Shown here one piece after another: positions 35,345-43,681 of a DNA stretch of 64,000 bases. The DNA is from Escherichia coli (lineage in GTDB: Bacteria > Pseudomonadota > Gammaproteobacteria > Enterobacterales > Enterobacteriaceae): assembly GCF_001677475.2 (NCBI RefSeq), contig NZ_CP015229.1; one strand, 5' to 3'. The translations under genes were made by a program, and so were the position numbers. Under the pieces are notes generated by a model, which worked only from the letters and a program-made list of their open reading frames with translations, was not told the origin of the DNA and did not search any database. Position 1 is the first letter of the stretch; every line of letters starts with the position of its first letter.

Positions 35345-35758
35345 TCAGATTCCCTCCCAAACTATATATCCTTTGTCTCTTGCCCAACAAACAACTGTGT
35401 GGGCTGTATATGTGGATGTGAAGCCGCAATAAGAACATGACACTTCATACCGAGTATTGTAGATGTTAATGGGCTCGTTCTCCTTGTGTATGGGAGTGAC
35501 ATATTCCCAATCATTTGAATCATCATAATCATCAAGTTCAGGGTCTGTGCCGTGAACAACCGTATGTGGAATAAACAAATCTAGGCGCCCACACGAGAGA
35601 CAAGAGGTTCTGGCTCCTCTATCTTTAAGGAATTGAATAAATAATTTGGGCGAAATCTGTTGCAGAACCTGCAAATGCCCACGTTCATTATCATTAAGAG
35701 ACCTGTCTGCATATGGAAAATCATCAAATTTAAGAGGCTTCATATAAGGCATCTCCAA
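35345..35758 (-). CDS. zinc-ribbon-containing protein of unknown function
   Basis: 137-aa ORF with CLSCG...CSYCG Cys pairs; overlaps int 3' end and abuts the next ORF (operon-like); alternative start 35743. Confidence 0.5.
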   Translation of the reverse strand: MEMPYMKPLKFDDFPYADRSLNDNERGHLQVLQQISPKLFIQFLKDRGARTSCLSCGRLDLFIPHTVVHGTDPELDDYDDSNDWEYVTPIHKENEPINIYNTRYEVSCSYCGFTSTYTAHTVVCWARDKGYIVWEGI

Positions 35759-36722
35759 GGGGATTAAATCTCACCGCATCCTGCAGGTAATCCGGCGCAA
35801 GATGGGCATAAATCATCGTTGTCTGAATCTTTGCGTGCCCCAGAATTTTCTGGAGCGTCAGAATATTGCCGCCGTTCATCATGAAATGACTGGCGAAGGT
35901 GTGGCGCAGCGCATGAACAGCCTGGCCGTCAGGAACATCAGGTGCGACCGTTTTGATGACATCGCGAACCAATGGATAATCCAGCGTCGGAAACACCAGT
36001 TTCCCGCCCCGTTTTTTGATCTTTTCAAACAGGCTTTCAGAAATAGGAACGGTACGGTTTTTGCTGTTCTTCGTTTTTGAAAAAGTGATTCGACAATGAA
36101 GAACACGGCGCTGCTCCAGTGCCGCTACCTCGCCCCATCGCGCCCCGGTCGACAGAAGGATTTCGACAGCCAGCCGTTCATCGGGATTTTCAGCCAGTGC
36201 ATCCAGCAACTGAACACATTCAGACTTACTCAGATATCCCATTTCGCGCTCGTTAACCTTCATTCCTTTAAGGCCTTGAACGGGGTTATCGTTAAGAAAA
36301 TGGCCGGATGAGATGAGTGCGGTAAACATCGCGCTTAACGCCCCAATCTCTCGATTTATGGTGCTGGGCTGTATCCCCTGCTCTATCCTGGACACACGTA
36401 GCTCGGTGAGCATCGTTGTATTAAGTTTATGCACGCACGGGTCATCCATTGCCTCACTCAAGCGCAGCAATTTAAGGCGCGTGTTATGCCCTGACTTCAT
36501 TAGCTGGCCGTGGTATTTCCACCACAAGTCAATAAGCACCGACAGCGGACGGCGATCAATGGAGTTTCCTTTCCACTCATTGTTATGCTGTTGCGCCAGC
36601 ACCCACCGCTCATATAAAACTGCATCCGATTTCGTTTTAAATTTTTTGCGAATGCGTTTGCCTTTACGCCCCTCCGGGCGCATGTCAAGAAGATACCCTC
36701 CCGGAATTGATTTTATGCTCAT
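35730..36722 (-). CDS. tyrosine integrase, P2 Int-like
   Basis: ORF 35730..36872; start set at internal Met (MSIKSIPGGYLLDMRPEGRKGKRIRKKF) by resemblance to P2 Int N-terminus; C-terminal catalytic region TGARWGE...HALRHTFASHFMMNGG...LGH...IYAH. Confidence 0.9.
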   Translation of the reverse strand: MSIKSIPGGYLLDMRPEGRKGKRIRKKFKTKSDAVLYERWVLAQQHNNEWKGNSIDRRPLSVLIDLWWKYHGQLMKSGHNTRLKLLRLSEAMDDPCVHKLNTTMLTELRVSRIEQGIQPSTINREIGALSAMFTALISSGHFLNDNPVQGLKGMKVNEREMGYLSKSECVQLLDALAENPDERLAVEILLSTGARWGEVAALEQRRVLHCRITFSKTKNSKNRTVPISESLFEKIKKRGGKLVFPTLDYPLVRDVIKTVAPDVPDGQAVHALRHTFASHFMMNGGNILTLQKILGHAKIQTTMIYAHLAPDYLQDAVRFNPLGDALYEAS

Positions 36723-36771
36723 TCGTGAAACCCCAGCGTTACAAGACCACCATGCCCCCAGCGCTCCATGA

Positions 36772-37083
36772 TTAGCCGGGCTGTGTGCCAGTCTTGCGGG
36801 GTTTTTGAGAAGGCGATGTGCTTTTTGGCCCATCAGGGGAGAGAGACGGACTGATCTGCCCAGCAGCCTCATTTGTTTCGTTACTCATCAACCACGTGGT
36901 GTATTTTTTAAAGTTCGGATGCATTGTGATTTTCAGTAAAACCTCCGTCCCCACACCTCTAATACCAGTCTCATATTGCTTAACTGTACCAACCGCAATA
37001 CCTATTGAATCCGCGAACTTTGCCTGGCTAAGTCCCTCAGATTCTCGAATTGCTTTTAGCTTCTTTGATATCTCTATTGACAT
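36772..37083 (-). CDS. P2 C-type immunity repressor (HTH, no peptidase domain)
   Basis: ORF 36772..37155; start set at MSIEISKK (ATG 37081-37083, AGG RBS); HTH plus motif KYTTWLMSNE...GQISPSL resembling P2 C. Confidence 0.75.
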   Translation of the reverse strand: MSIEISKKLKAIRESEGLSQAKFADSIGIAVGTVKQYETGIRGVGTEVLLKITMHPNFKKYTTWLMSNETNEAAGQISPSLSPDGPKSTSPSQKPRKTGTQPG

Positions 37084-37178
37084 GGTGTGCACCTGAATAC
37101 TATATTGGTTATCAGTTGAGTACCACTTGACGCCACAAAAAGCCACAAATAGCACCAGATTGAATAGGTTATCACATC
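37084..37178. promoter_or_regulatory. divergent early promoter/operator region (repressor vs cox-like operon)
   Basis: Intergenic between divergent C-like and cox-like genes; GGTTATCA repeated at 37107..37114 and 37167..37174; TTGACG -35-like element. Confidence 0.5.
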
Positions 37179-37457
37179 ATGGCAAAAGTCCTGAACACAT
37201 ACGAACAAGCGGATTTTGAGCGTTTGGCGGCGTTCTACCCATACCGTGATGAGCATGGGTTACCTGTGCTTGAAGAAAGCCTGGAAGATTACGCGAAACG
37301 CACGAATCAAAGCATTCTTGCGGTAAGAAGGCAGGCCGACAGATCAGTAATCCCCGTCACCCAAGAAGGAAGAAACACAAAACGCAAAGTAAACCTTTTC
37401 GCAATATTCCTGAAAACCATCAGGAGCGCAGAGAAATACGTGCAGATGACAAAATAA
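37179..37457 (+). CDS. Cox/Apl-position early protein (putative excisionase/transcriptional switch)
   Basis: 92-aa ORF, first gene of rightward early operon opposite the repressor; function assigned by position only. Confidence 0.4.
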   Translation: MAKVLNTYEQADFERLAAFYPYRDEHGLPVLEESLEDYAKRTNQSILAVRRQADRSVIPVTQEGRNTKRKVNLFAIFLKTIRSAEKYVQMTK

Positions 37458-37471
37458 CGAGGTGTAATTTT

Positions 37472-37810
37472 ATGCTGAAGCAACGCCATAATTTTCGTAC
37501 CGGAACGGAACGCCACGCTAACCGTTTCGCTACCAGTGCATCACGTAGTAACTCCCGCTACAGCCTGAGCGAAACACACGCTACACCTGATGGCCATCCC
37601 GTAAAACAAATTGGTGAACACACCTGGCTGATTGAGAAAGCTGGAATCGTGGTTCACAGATGCCAACGCAACCCATTTACCGGAAACCGCATTTTTGCTC
37701 TGAGCAACGGCGACACTCAGTTTGGACAGGATTTCACATTGTACGAAGCACTTCGCACGGTTGATCGTCTGCTTCGCGGGCAAAGTTTTATTAAACAGAC
37801 TGATTTATAA
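37472..37810 (+). CDS. phage early protein, unknown function
   Basis: 112-aa ORF in early operon, same strand, short intergenic spacing. Confidence 0.5.
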   Translation: MLKQRHNFRTGTERHANRFATSASRSNSRYSLSETHATPDGHPVKQIGEHTWLIEKAGIVVHRCQRNPFTGNRIFALSNGDTQFGQDFTLYEALRTVDRLLRGQSFIKQTDL

Positions 37811-37819
37811 CAGGTGCGT

Positions 37820-38099
37820 TATGACCAAAGAGCATGCACAAGGTGTATTTATCCGTTTTATTGATTTTCGCGGTGAACTGTTATTGCGCGCATCAGCTAT
37901 TGATGGAGTTGTCCCATCAGAAAAAAATGCAGCTACTTACGTTTATCTGAACGGCACGCGCCTGACCGTAGAACTTCCGTACCAGACTGTACACGGAATC
38001 ATTAGCGAAGCTGAAAAGGCACGTCAGGTTAATGGCAATGAACCCTATATCGAAATTATTTGCATGGATTCAGAAGCTGAAATCCAGAAAGCAGATTAA
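37820..38099 (+). CDS. phage early protein, unknown function
   Basis: ORF 37722..38099 with start set at MTKEHAQGVF (ATG 37820) to avoid overlap. Confidence 0.45.
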
Positions 38100-38110
38100 A
38101 GGGTGTTGCA

Positions 38111-38353
38111 ATGGACAAAGAATATAAAACACTCATCAACAAAGCACTTGAGCGTTTTTATTTTCGCTTAAGCGCATCAGGCGTTCATGCTGAACGTGCA
38201 GCCCGTGACTCATTGACCAGGGCAATCCGGAGTCTGTATGACGTGGCTTTTTACGCTGATGATCTGGATGCACTTAACGAACTTTCCGAGCTGATCTGTG
38301 CCGCAGAATGCGGAGAACATATTGAACCGTATAAGCTGGGGAATATCGCATGA
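38111..38353 (+). CDS. phage early protein, unknown function
   Basis: 80-aa ORF; operon context. Confidence 0.45.
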   Translation: MDKEYKTLINKALERFYFRLSASGVHAERAARDSLTRAIRSLYDVAFYADDLDALNELSELICAAECGEHIEPYKLGNIA

Positions 38354-38463
38354 GTATATTTATCTCATGGCTTGTTCTGATTATTTCGGTGGCCTGCGCC
38401 ATTGGGATTATGCGAATTATTAATTCAGTGAAAAAGATCGAGCGTTTTTTCTCTGATGAATAA
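38350..38463 (+). CDS. small hydrophobic peptide (37 aa), unknown function
   Basis: ATG overlaps previous stop (ATGA); MSIFISWLVLIISVACAIGIMRIINSVKKIERFFSDE; single TM-like segment; below ORF-track length cut-off. Confidence 0.35.
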   Translation: MSIFISWLVLIISVACAIGIMRIINSVKKIERFFSDE

Positions 38464-38556
38464 CGATACAAATAAAACATCAAATTAAATAAGAAAACGT
38501 GAAAACCATCCGTATTAACGGAGGTATTCGCACACGCAAATAACGGAGATACAAAA

Positions 38557-38967
38557 ATGCACGCAAAAGAAGAAGGTATCATCAGAGCACTGAAAGAAAT
38601 TTCAAAGATGGAAAGCGAAGTAGCGAAAAAAGCCGTGGCCAATGCTCACATGGACGTCGCAACCCACACAATGATAGTCGCAAAAGTCACGGCAGAAGCT
38701 GCCAAAATCATCGAAGAACAGGGTGTGGAACTTGCGCTTCTCAAAACTAAACCAGTCACCGGACTGGATTTATCTGACACCGGACGCCTTATTTACACTA
38801 TTGGCTCGGAGTCACAGCGATACACCATTATCGCCGGATTACAGAACAAATACCTGATCACTCCTCATCCCATAAGGGAATCAGCGCTTCTGACAAATCT
38901 CCGCCTGATAGAGCGCTCTCAAGTTGCATTCATTGATGACGCCCGACACACCGTATTTAACGCATAG
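38557..38967 (+). CDS. phage early protein, unknown function
   Basis: 136-aa ORF; operon context. Confidence 0.5.
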   Translation: MHAKEEGIIRALKEISKMESEVAKKAVANAHMDVATHTMIVAKVTAEAAKIIEEQGVELALLKTKPVTGLDLSDTGRLIYTIGSESQRYTIIAGLQNKYLITPHPIRESALLTNLRLIERSQVAFIDDARHTVFNA

Positions 38968-38990
38968 GGTTACTGGACAAAGGGGGTGCA

Positions 38991-39194
38991 ATGGCAATTA
39001 AGCATTTTCCCGTCGTTCGCTTTACCTCCAGAGGGCGCGAATACGAGGTCGACGAACGCCTGATTACCACTATCGACAAACATCGTTCGGAAAAGGATGC
39101 ACACCACATCTACCTCACTGACGGTACTTACTTCTGCGCCACCAACGTGGCGCGGGTGAATCTTATCCGACAGGTACAGGAGCCACGCAGATGA
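38991..39194 (+). CDS. phage early protein, unknown function
   Basis: 67-aa ORF; stop overlaps next start. Confidence 0.45.
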   Translation: MAIKHFPVVRFTSRGREYEVDERLITTIDKHRSEKDAHHIYLTDGTYFCATNVARVNLIRQVQEPRR

Positions 39195-39457
39195 CCATTC
39201 TGGACTACATCGCTACTCATCCGGGTTGTAGCGGCGGAGAGATCGCCGCAGCACTGAATACTCCAACCACAGCCATTAATGCTGAGTTACGCCAACTTTG
39301 GCGCGGCGGCTTAGTCATCAGAACAAACCGCAGCACAGGTGGTCGCGCTCGCAAAACTGGAGGCCAGGCTTCTTACCACGTAAACCCGATGCCGTTCGGG
39401 TGCGGCAATCCACTTACCAACATGTTTAACCAGCTACTGAAGGAAGCCAGAACATGA
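39191..39457 (+). CDS. small putative DNA-binding (winged-helix-like) phage protein
   Basis: 88-aa ORF; overlapping start/stop with neighbours. Confidence 0.45.
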   Translation: MTILDYIATHPGCSGGEIAAALNTPTTAINAELRQLWRGGLVIRTNRSTGGRARKTGGQASYHVNPMPFGCGNPLTNMFNQLLKEART

Positions 39458-39753
39458 GCACCATCAACCACCAGAAGCTACGCGAACTGGCATTTTCCCT
39501 GCAACGAATGGCAACGCCTCAAAAATTACTGGCGTTTCGCGCAATGCTCTCGCCGTCTGCTGTGCTGGCACTGCTGGATGAGCAGGAGCACGCCAGAACC
39601 ACGGCTCCTGCCATTCGCCTGACACTCCATCATGAAATTGCTGATTTCTGCGCGACGCTGGAGGCACCAGGCGAACCGGAAACGCCGGAAGCAATACAGC
39701 AAGAGCTGCTGCAACGCATTGACAAGGTTTTTGATTTTTTTCTGAACCACTAA
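39454..39753 (+). CDS. phage early protein, unknown function
   Basis: 99-aa ORF; coupled to previous gene. Confidence 0.45.
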   Translation: MSTINHQKLRELAFSLQRMATPQKLLAFRAMLSPSAVLALLDEQEHARTTAPAIRLTLHHEIADFCATLEAPGEPETPEAIQQELLQRIDKVFDFFLNH

Positions 39754-40075
39754 GAAACCAGAACATGCACACACAAAAAAACCGCTTGCCATGCCGCAAT
39801 CAGTCAGGTTACATTTCCGCTGCACCTCATAAAACGGGTGCCGGGTTTCGCAGCCTGCTAACTACACAAGCGCACAACCGCGCCAGCGGTTTTTTTGTGC
39901 GTACTGTATTGCCACGTTTTTTTCGCGCCAGAATTATGGCGGGGCGTACGGGGCCGACTTCGGTCGGGCCGGGTTCTTGTGTAGCCGGTACTGCGAACCT
40001 CGTACGTCTCGCCACCCACAGTTTCGCAGCTCTGGATGGTAAGTTTTCACAACTTACTACACAAGAGGCCACACC

Positions 40076-40306
40076 ATGGCAAACCGCAAACAACAGCGCG
40101 CATACGCTGCGCGTCGTCACATCCAGACTGAAATCAACCGCAGACTTTCCCGCGCATTCCGCGTCACTAAAATCATGCACATCAATATGCTGCATGAGCG
40201 TAGCTGCGAACTTTCAAACCTCTATTCATCCGCTGTTTTCAGCTATCTGGCGGATGATCTGCGCGAGCTTCAGCAGCTCATCCAGCAGCAAAACAAACTC
40301 CATTAA
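40076..40306 (+). CDS. phage early protein, unknown function
   Basis: 76-aa ORF with AGAGG RBS; basic. Confidence 0.4.
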   Translation: MANRKQQRAYAARRHIQTEINRRLSRAFRVTKIMHINMLHERSCELSNLYSSAVFSYLADDLRELQQLIQQQNKLH

Positions 40307-40378
40307 TTCCTGTTCCGGGCCTTTCCTGCACCTTGCGGCGGGAGGCCTTCGCACATCTGTAGTAAAGAGAATTGCAGC

Positions 40379-40768
40379 ATGATTGACGCTCATGACTTCA
40401 CAAGATGGGTGCGCACACAGGACACCCGTCTGGCTCCCGTTCTTCAGGGATTATTTGATCTTTACATCCGTGGTCGTGACAACAGAGCACGCACTACAAA
40501 ACCGGAGAATGCGGACACCCTTTATTTCACAGTAGACGACTGCTACCGCGTGGACTTCACACCACACGGGCTGGCGTTGCACTGCCTGACACCACACGGC
40601 GAATCACTGCTGGCGTATTACGACTCCCCGGCCTCCGTATTTGCGGCAATGCTGGCGCATCGCACTGCTGGCGGGTGTGCCTCGCTGAGTGAATACACCG
40701 CTGAATTTAACCGCCTTTCCGCCATCTTCTCGCAGGAGTGGCAGCGCGTGACGGGATACCAGCCATGA
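40379..40768 (+). CDS. phage early protein, unknown function
   Basis: 129-aa ORF; stop overlaps gpA start (ATGA). Confidence 0.5.
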   Translation: MIDAHDFTRWVRTQDTRLAPVLQGLFDLYIRGRDNRARTTKPENADTLYFTVDDCYRVDFTPHGLALHCLTPHGESLLAYYDSPASVFAAMLAHRTAGGCASLSEYTAEFNRLSAIFSQEWQRVTGYQP

Positions 40769-43605
40769 GTGAGTTTGCATGGAGCTGGAATGAACCACGG
40801 CCAGCCATTGATCCGGCCAGATTTACGGAGCGCAGGCAGGAAACTGAAACCGACCTGCAACGCGCCATCCGTTACTACCTTGAGGCAGACAAAAGGGCAC
40901 AGGAAGAACAGGAAGCGAAGGAAGAAGCCTTTTTCGCACAATCCACCGTGGGTAAAAAACTCATGGCATCCCTTGAGGAAGCCGGACAGCGTGAAAAGCT
41001 GGCACAGAGCATCATCAGTAAGCGCCGGGCAACAGAACAAGACACGGTAGCCCGTGCCTTTGCCACACTAAAGGCACTACCTGTTTATCTGCGTGAACCA
41101 CTGAGCCGCCACCTCTCTTTCCTGCGCAAAAAACAGGAAGCCGATCGCCGGAAAGGCAAAAAGAGCTGGCAGGCGGAACGCTATGCACGCGGAACCCTGC
41201 GCAAAATATTCGAACGTCTGGACCGCACCGACAGCCGCTGGCTGACACCGGGTTATCGCGCCCTTGCCGGACGCGAACGCCTGGACGATTTGCTTTACCT
41301 GCCGCAGCTCAACAAACACCAGATACAGACGCTGGCCACCATGACAGCGGCGATGTTCAGCAGCACCTTCGAAAAACTCTGCGATGGCTTTGGCGCGACT
41401 GATGGCGAGCTGACCATGGATGTAACGCTGAAGGCGTATCAGATGCTGGCCCGCATGGCGTTACACCTGCACGCCATGCCTCCGCATTATGACGTACTGA
41501 CAACAGACAAAGACCGGAGGAACGAACCAGACACAGAACTGCTGCCGGGCGCAATCCTTCGCCTGACCTGTGCGGAATGGTGGAAACGCAAACTGTGGCT
41601 GTTACGTTGCGAGTGGCGGGAAGAACAACTCCGAGCCGCCTGTCTGGTTTCCAGAAAAACATCGCCCTATCTGAGCCAGGACGCGTTAAGCGAGTTTCGC
41701 GCACAGCGCGAGAAAACACGCGATTTCCTGAAAAGTTTCATGCTGGAAAATGAAGACGGGTTCACGATTGATCTCGAGACGGTGTATTACGCGGGAGTAA
41801 GTAACCCGGTTCACCGTAAGGCAGAAATGATGGCCACCATGAAGGGACTGGAACTTCTGGCCGAAGCCCGTGGCGACAGAGCGGTGTTTCTGACCGTCAC
41901 CTGCCCGTCAAAATACCACGCAACAACGGAGAACGGTCATCCGAACCCCAAATGGAACGGGGCCACCATGCGCGACTCCAGCGATTACCTGGTTAACACG
42001 TTTTTTGCGGCGGTCCGCAAAAAACTGAACCGCGACGGCCTGCGCTGGTATGGCATCCGCACGGTGGAGCCTCACCATGACGGCACTGTGCACTGGCATA
42101 TGATGGTCTTTGCACATCCGGACGAGATTGAAACCATCGTGTCCCACGTCTGCGATATTGCCATTCAGGAGGACCGCCACGAGCTGGGCGATGACATAAC
42201 TCCGCGTTTTAAGGCGGAGTATGTCGACGGCTCAAAAGGCACACCAACCAGCTACATCGCCACCTACATCGGAAAGAACTTGGACAGCCGCGCCGTGGAT
42301 GGCATCGACCCGAAAACGGGCAAGCCACGCGTTGACCACGAAACCGGAAAATCAATGGCCGAGAGCGTGGAGCGCGCCATCGGCTGGGCGCGCCTTCACC
42401 GGGTCCGTCAGTTCCAGTTCTTTGGCATCCCCTCCCGTCAGGTGTGGCGTGAACTGCGCCGCCTTGCCAGCCAGATGGCACGCAATCCGGAAGGCCCGCA
42501 ACGGCTGAAAGATGATGCAATGGATGCGGTACTCGCTGCCGCCGATGCCGGGTGTTTTGCCACCTACATTGAAAAACAGGGTGGCGTGCTTGTTCCACGC
42601 AAGGACTACCTGATTCGCACCGCCTACGACCTCGCAGATGAGCTGAACGATTACGGCGAACAGAGCGTACAGATTTACGGGATCTGGTCACCACTCATCG
42701 GGGAATCCTCCCGTGTGTGCACGCATCCGGATAACTGGAAGTTGGTAAGACGTAAACCAGAACCGGAAGACAACGCCCACGAAAATGGTTTTGACCTTCA
42801 GGGCGGCCCTGCCGCCCCTTGGACTCGTGGCAATAACTGTCCCCGTGTACAGGAAACGGACAATAACGGGACAGAACTGCCGGAAGAACGGCCAGCACCG
42901 TGGCCGCAGCTCCCTGACGGCGTTGAAGTGAACGAATGGATGCGCTCACTGAAACAGCACGAACGCCGGGCGCTGATGCGTTCGCTTCGTGACAAACAGG
43001 CAAAAAACAGCAGTGATGAAATGCAGAGCTGGACACAGAGCCGCAAACAGCAGCGGCCTTTGCCTGATAACCACGAATTACTCGCTAAAGAATGGCGGGA
43101 GTCTGCTGAATCTCTCGGCCTGCATATCGGTGAACAACAGATGCAGCACCTGTTACGGGGCGGCAGCCTGTACGTTGACGGCAGCATCATTGCACCGCAG
43201 GGATTTGAAATTGTACGCAAACCGGATACCCGCCCGGACAGCCGAATCACGCAGCTCTGGCAGCGCCTGAGCCGTAATCATGGCGTAAGCAGCACGGAGA
43301 TCCGCCATAACCCGGTCGCCAGCTATCTGGCACAGCTGGGGGCATCAGACCCTGAAGTCGCCGCACGCCTGGCATCCACACTTCAGCAGGACCAGAACAC
43401 CATGAAAACACCCGTTACCGTGCTTTCTGACATGCTGCGCGCCATCCGCGACGCAGAGCACGCACAGAGAATCAGTGAAACCACTGAACGCGCCCGCCGC
43501 AAAGCAGACCTGCTGCGGGGTGGCCTGACCAGTGGAAACAAAAAACAGACAGAAACGGGACTCATGAATCCCGTAAATGAGCAAAAAACGCGCAGCGATA
43601 TATGA
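40765..43605 (+). CDS. rolling-circle replication initiator, P2 gpA-like, with long C-terminal extension
   Basis: ORF 40738..43605; start set at ATG 40765 (MSEFAWSW); HWHMMVF and ATYIGKN motifs typical of gpA-family nicking proteins; 946 aa. Confidence 0.8.
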   Translation: MSEFAWSWNEPRPAIDPARFTERRQETETDLQRAIRYYLEADKRAQEEQEAKEEAFFAQSTVGKKLMASLEEAGQREKLAQSIISKRRATEQDTVARAFATLKALPVYLREPLSRHLSFLRKKQEADRRKGKKSWQAERYARGTLRKIFERLDRTDSRWLTPGYRALAGRERLDDLLYLPQLNKHQIQTLATMTAAMFSSTFEKLCDGFGATDGELTMDVTLKAYQMLARMALHLHAMPPHYDVLTTDKDRRNEPDTELLPGAILRLTCAEWWKRKLWLLRCEWREEQLRAACLVSRKTSPYLSQDALSEFRAQREKTRDFLKSFMLENEDGFTIDLETVYYAGVSNPVHRKAEMMATMKGLELLAEARGDRAVFLTVTCPSKYHATTENGHPNPKWNGATMRDSSDYLVNTFFAAVRKKLNRDGLRWYGIRTVEPHHDGTVHWHMMVFAHPDEIETIVSHVCDIAIQEDRHELGDDITPRFKAEYVDGSKGTPTSYIATYIGKNLDSRAVDGIDPKTGKPRVDHETGKSMAESVERAIGWARLHRVRQFQFFGIPSRQVWRELRRLASQMARNPEGPQRLKDDAMDAVLAAADAGCFATYIEKQGGVLVPRKDYLIRTAYDLADELNDYGEQSVQIYGIWSPLIGESSRVCTHPDNWKLVRRKPEPEDNAHENGFDLQGGPAAPWTRGNNCPRVQETDNNGTELPEERPAPWPQLPDGVEVNEWMRSLKQHERRALMRSLRDKQAKNSSDEMQSWTQSRKQQRPLPDNHELLAKEWRESAESLGLHIGEQQMQHLLRGGSLYVDGSIIAPQGFEIVRKPDTRPDSRITQLWQRLSRNHGVSSTEIRHNPVASYLAQLGASDPEVAARLASTLQQDQNTMKTPVTVLSDMLRAIRDAEHAQRISETTERARRKADLLRGGLTSGNKKQTETGLMNPVNEQKTRSDI

Positions 43606-43650
43606 AGCGCGCACAAAACAGGCAAAAACGGGATTTTAGAATCCCGTAAA
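43554..43650. promoter_or_regulatory. twin palindromic operator-like sites flanking the putative parM promoter
   Basis: AACGGGACTCATGAATCCCGTAAA at 43554..43577 and AACGGGATTTTAGAATCCCGTAAA at 43627..43650, each an inverted repeat ACGGGA-N8-TCCCGT; TATAT between them. Confidence 0.5.
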
Positions 43651-43681
43651 CGATTAATTAATCAACATAAGGAAAAGCGAC

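Noticed and set aside
34806-35432. 208-aa plus-strand ORF
   Set aside because: Antisense to the repeat-containing coiled-coil gene; Ser/Leu-rich translation is a mirror of the repeats; minus-strand gene is co-oriented and abutting the upstream gene and integrase.
39765-40382. 205-aa plus-strand ORF and 122-aa minus-strand ORF (39827..40195) spanning the early-operon gap
   Set aside because: No RBS, frames cross the structured non-coding region and overlap better-supported short genes; treated as non-coding with possible RNA structure.
42209-43250. Minus-strand ORFs of 113-161 aa inside gpA-like gene
   Set aside because: Antisense frames of the replication gene with Arg/Cys-rich low-complexity translations.
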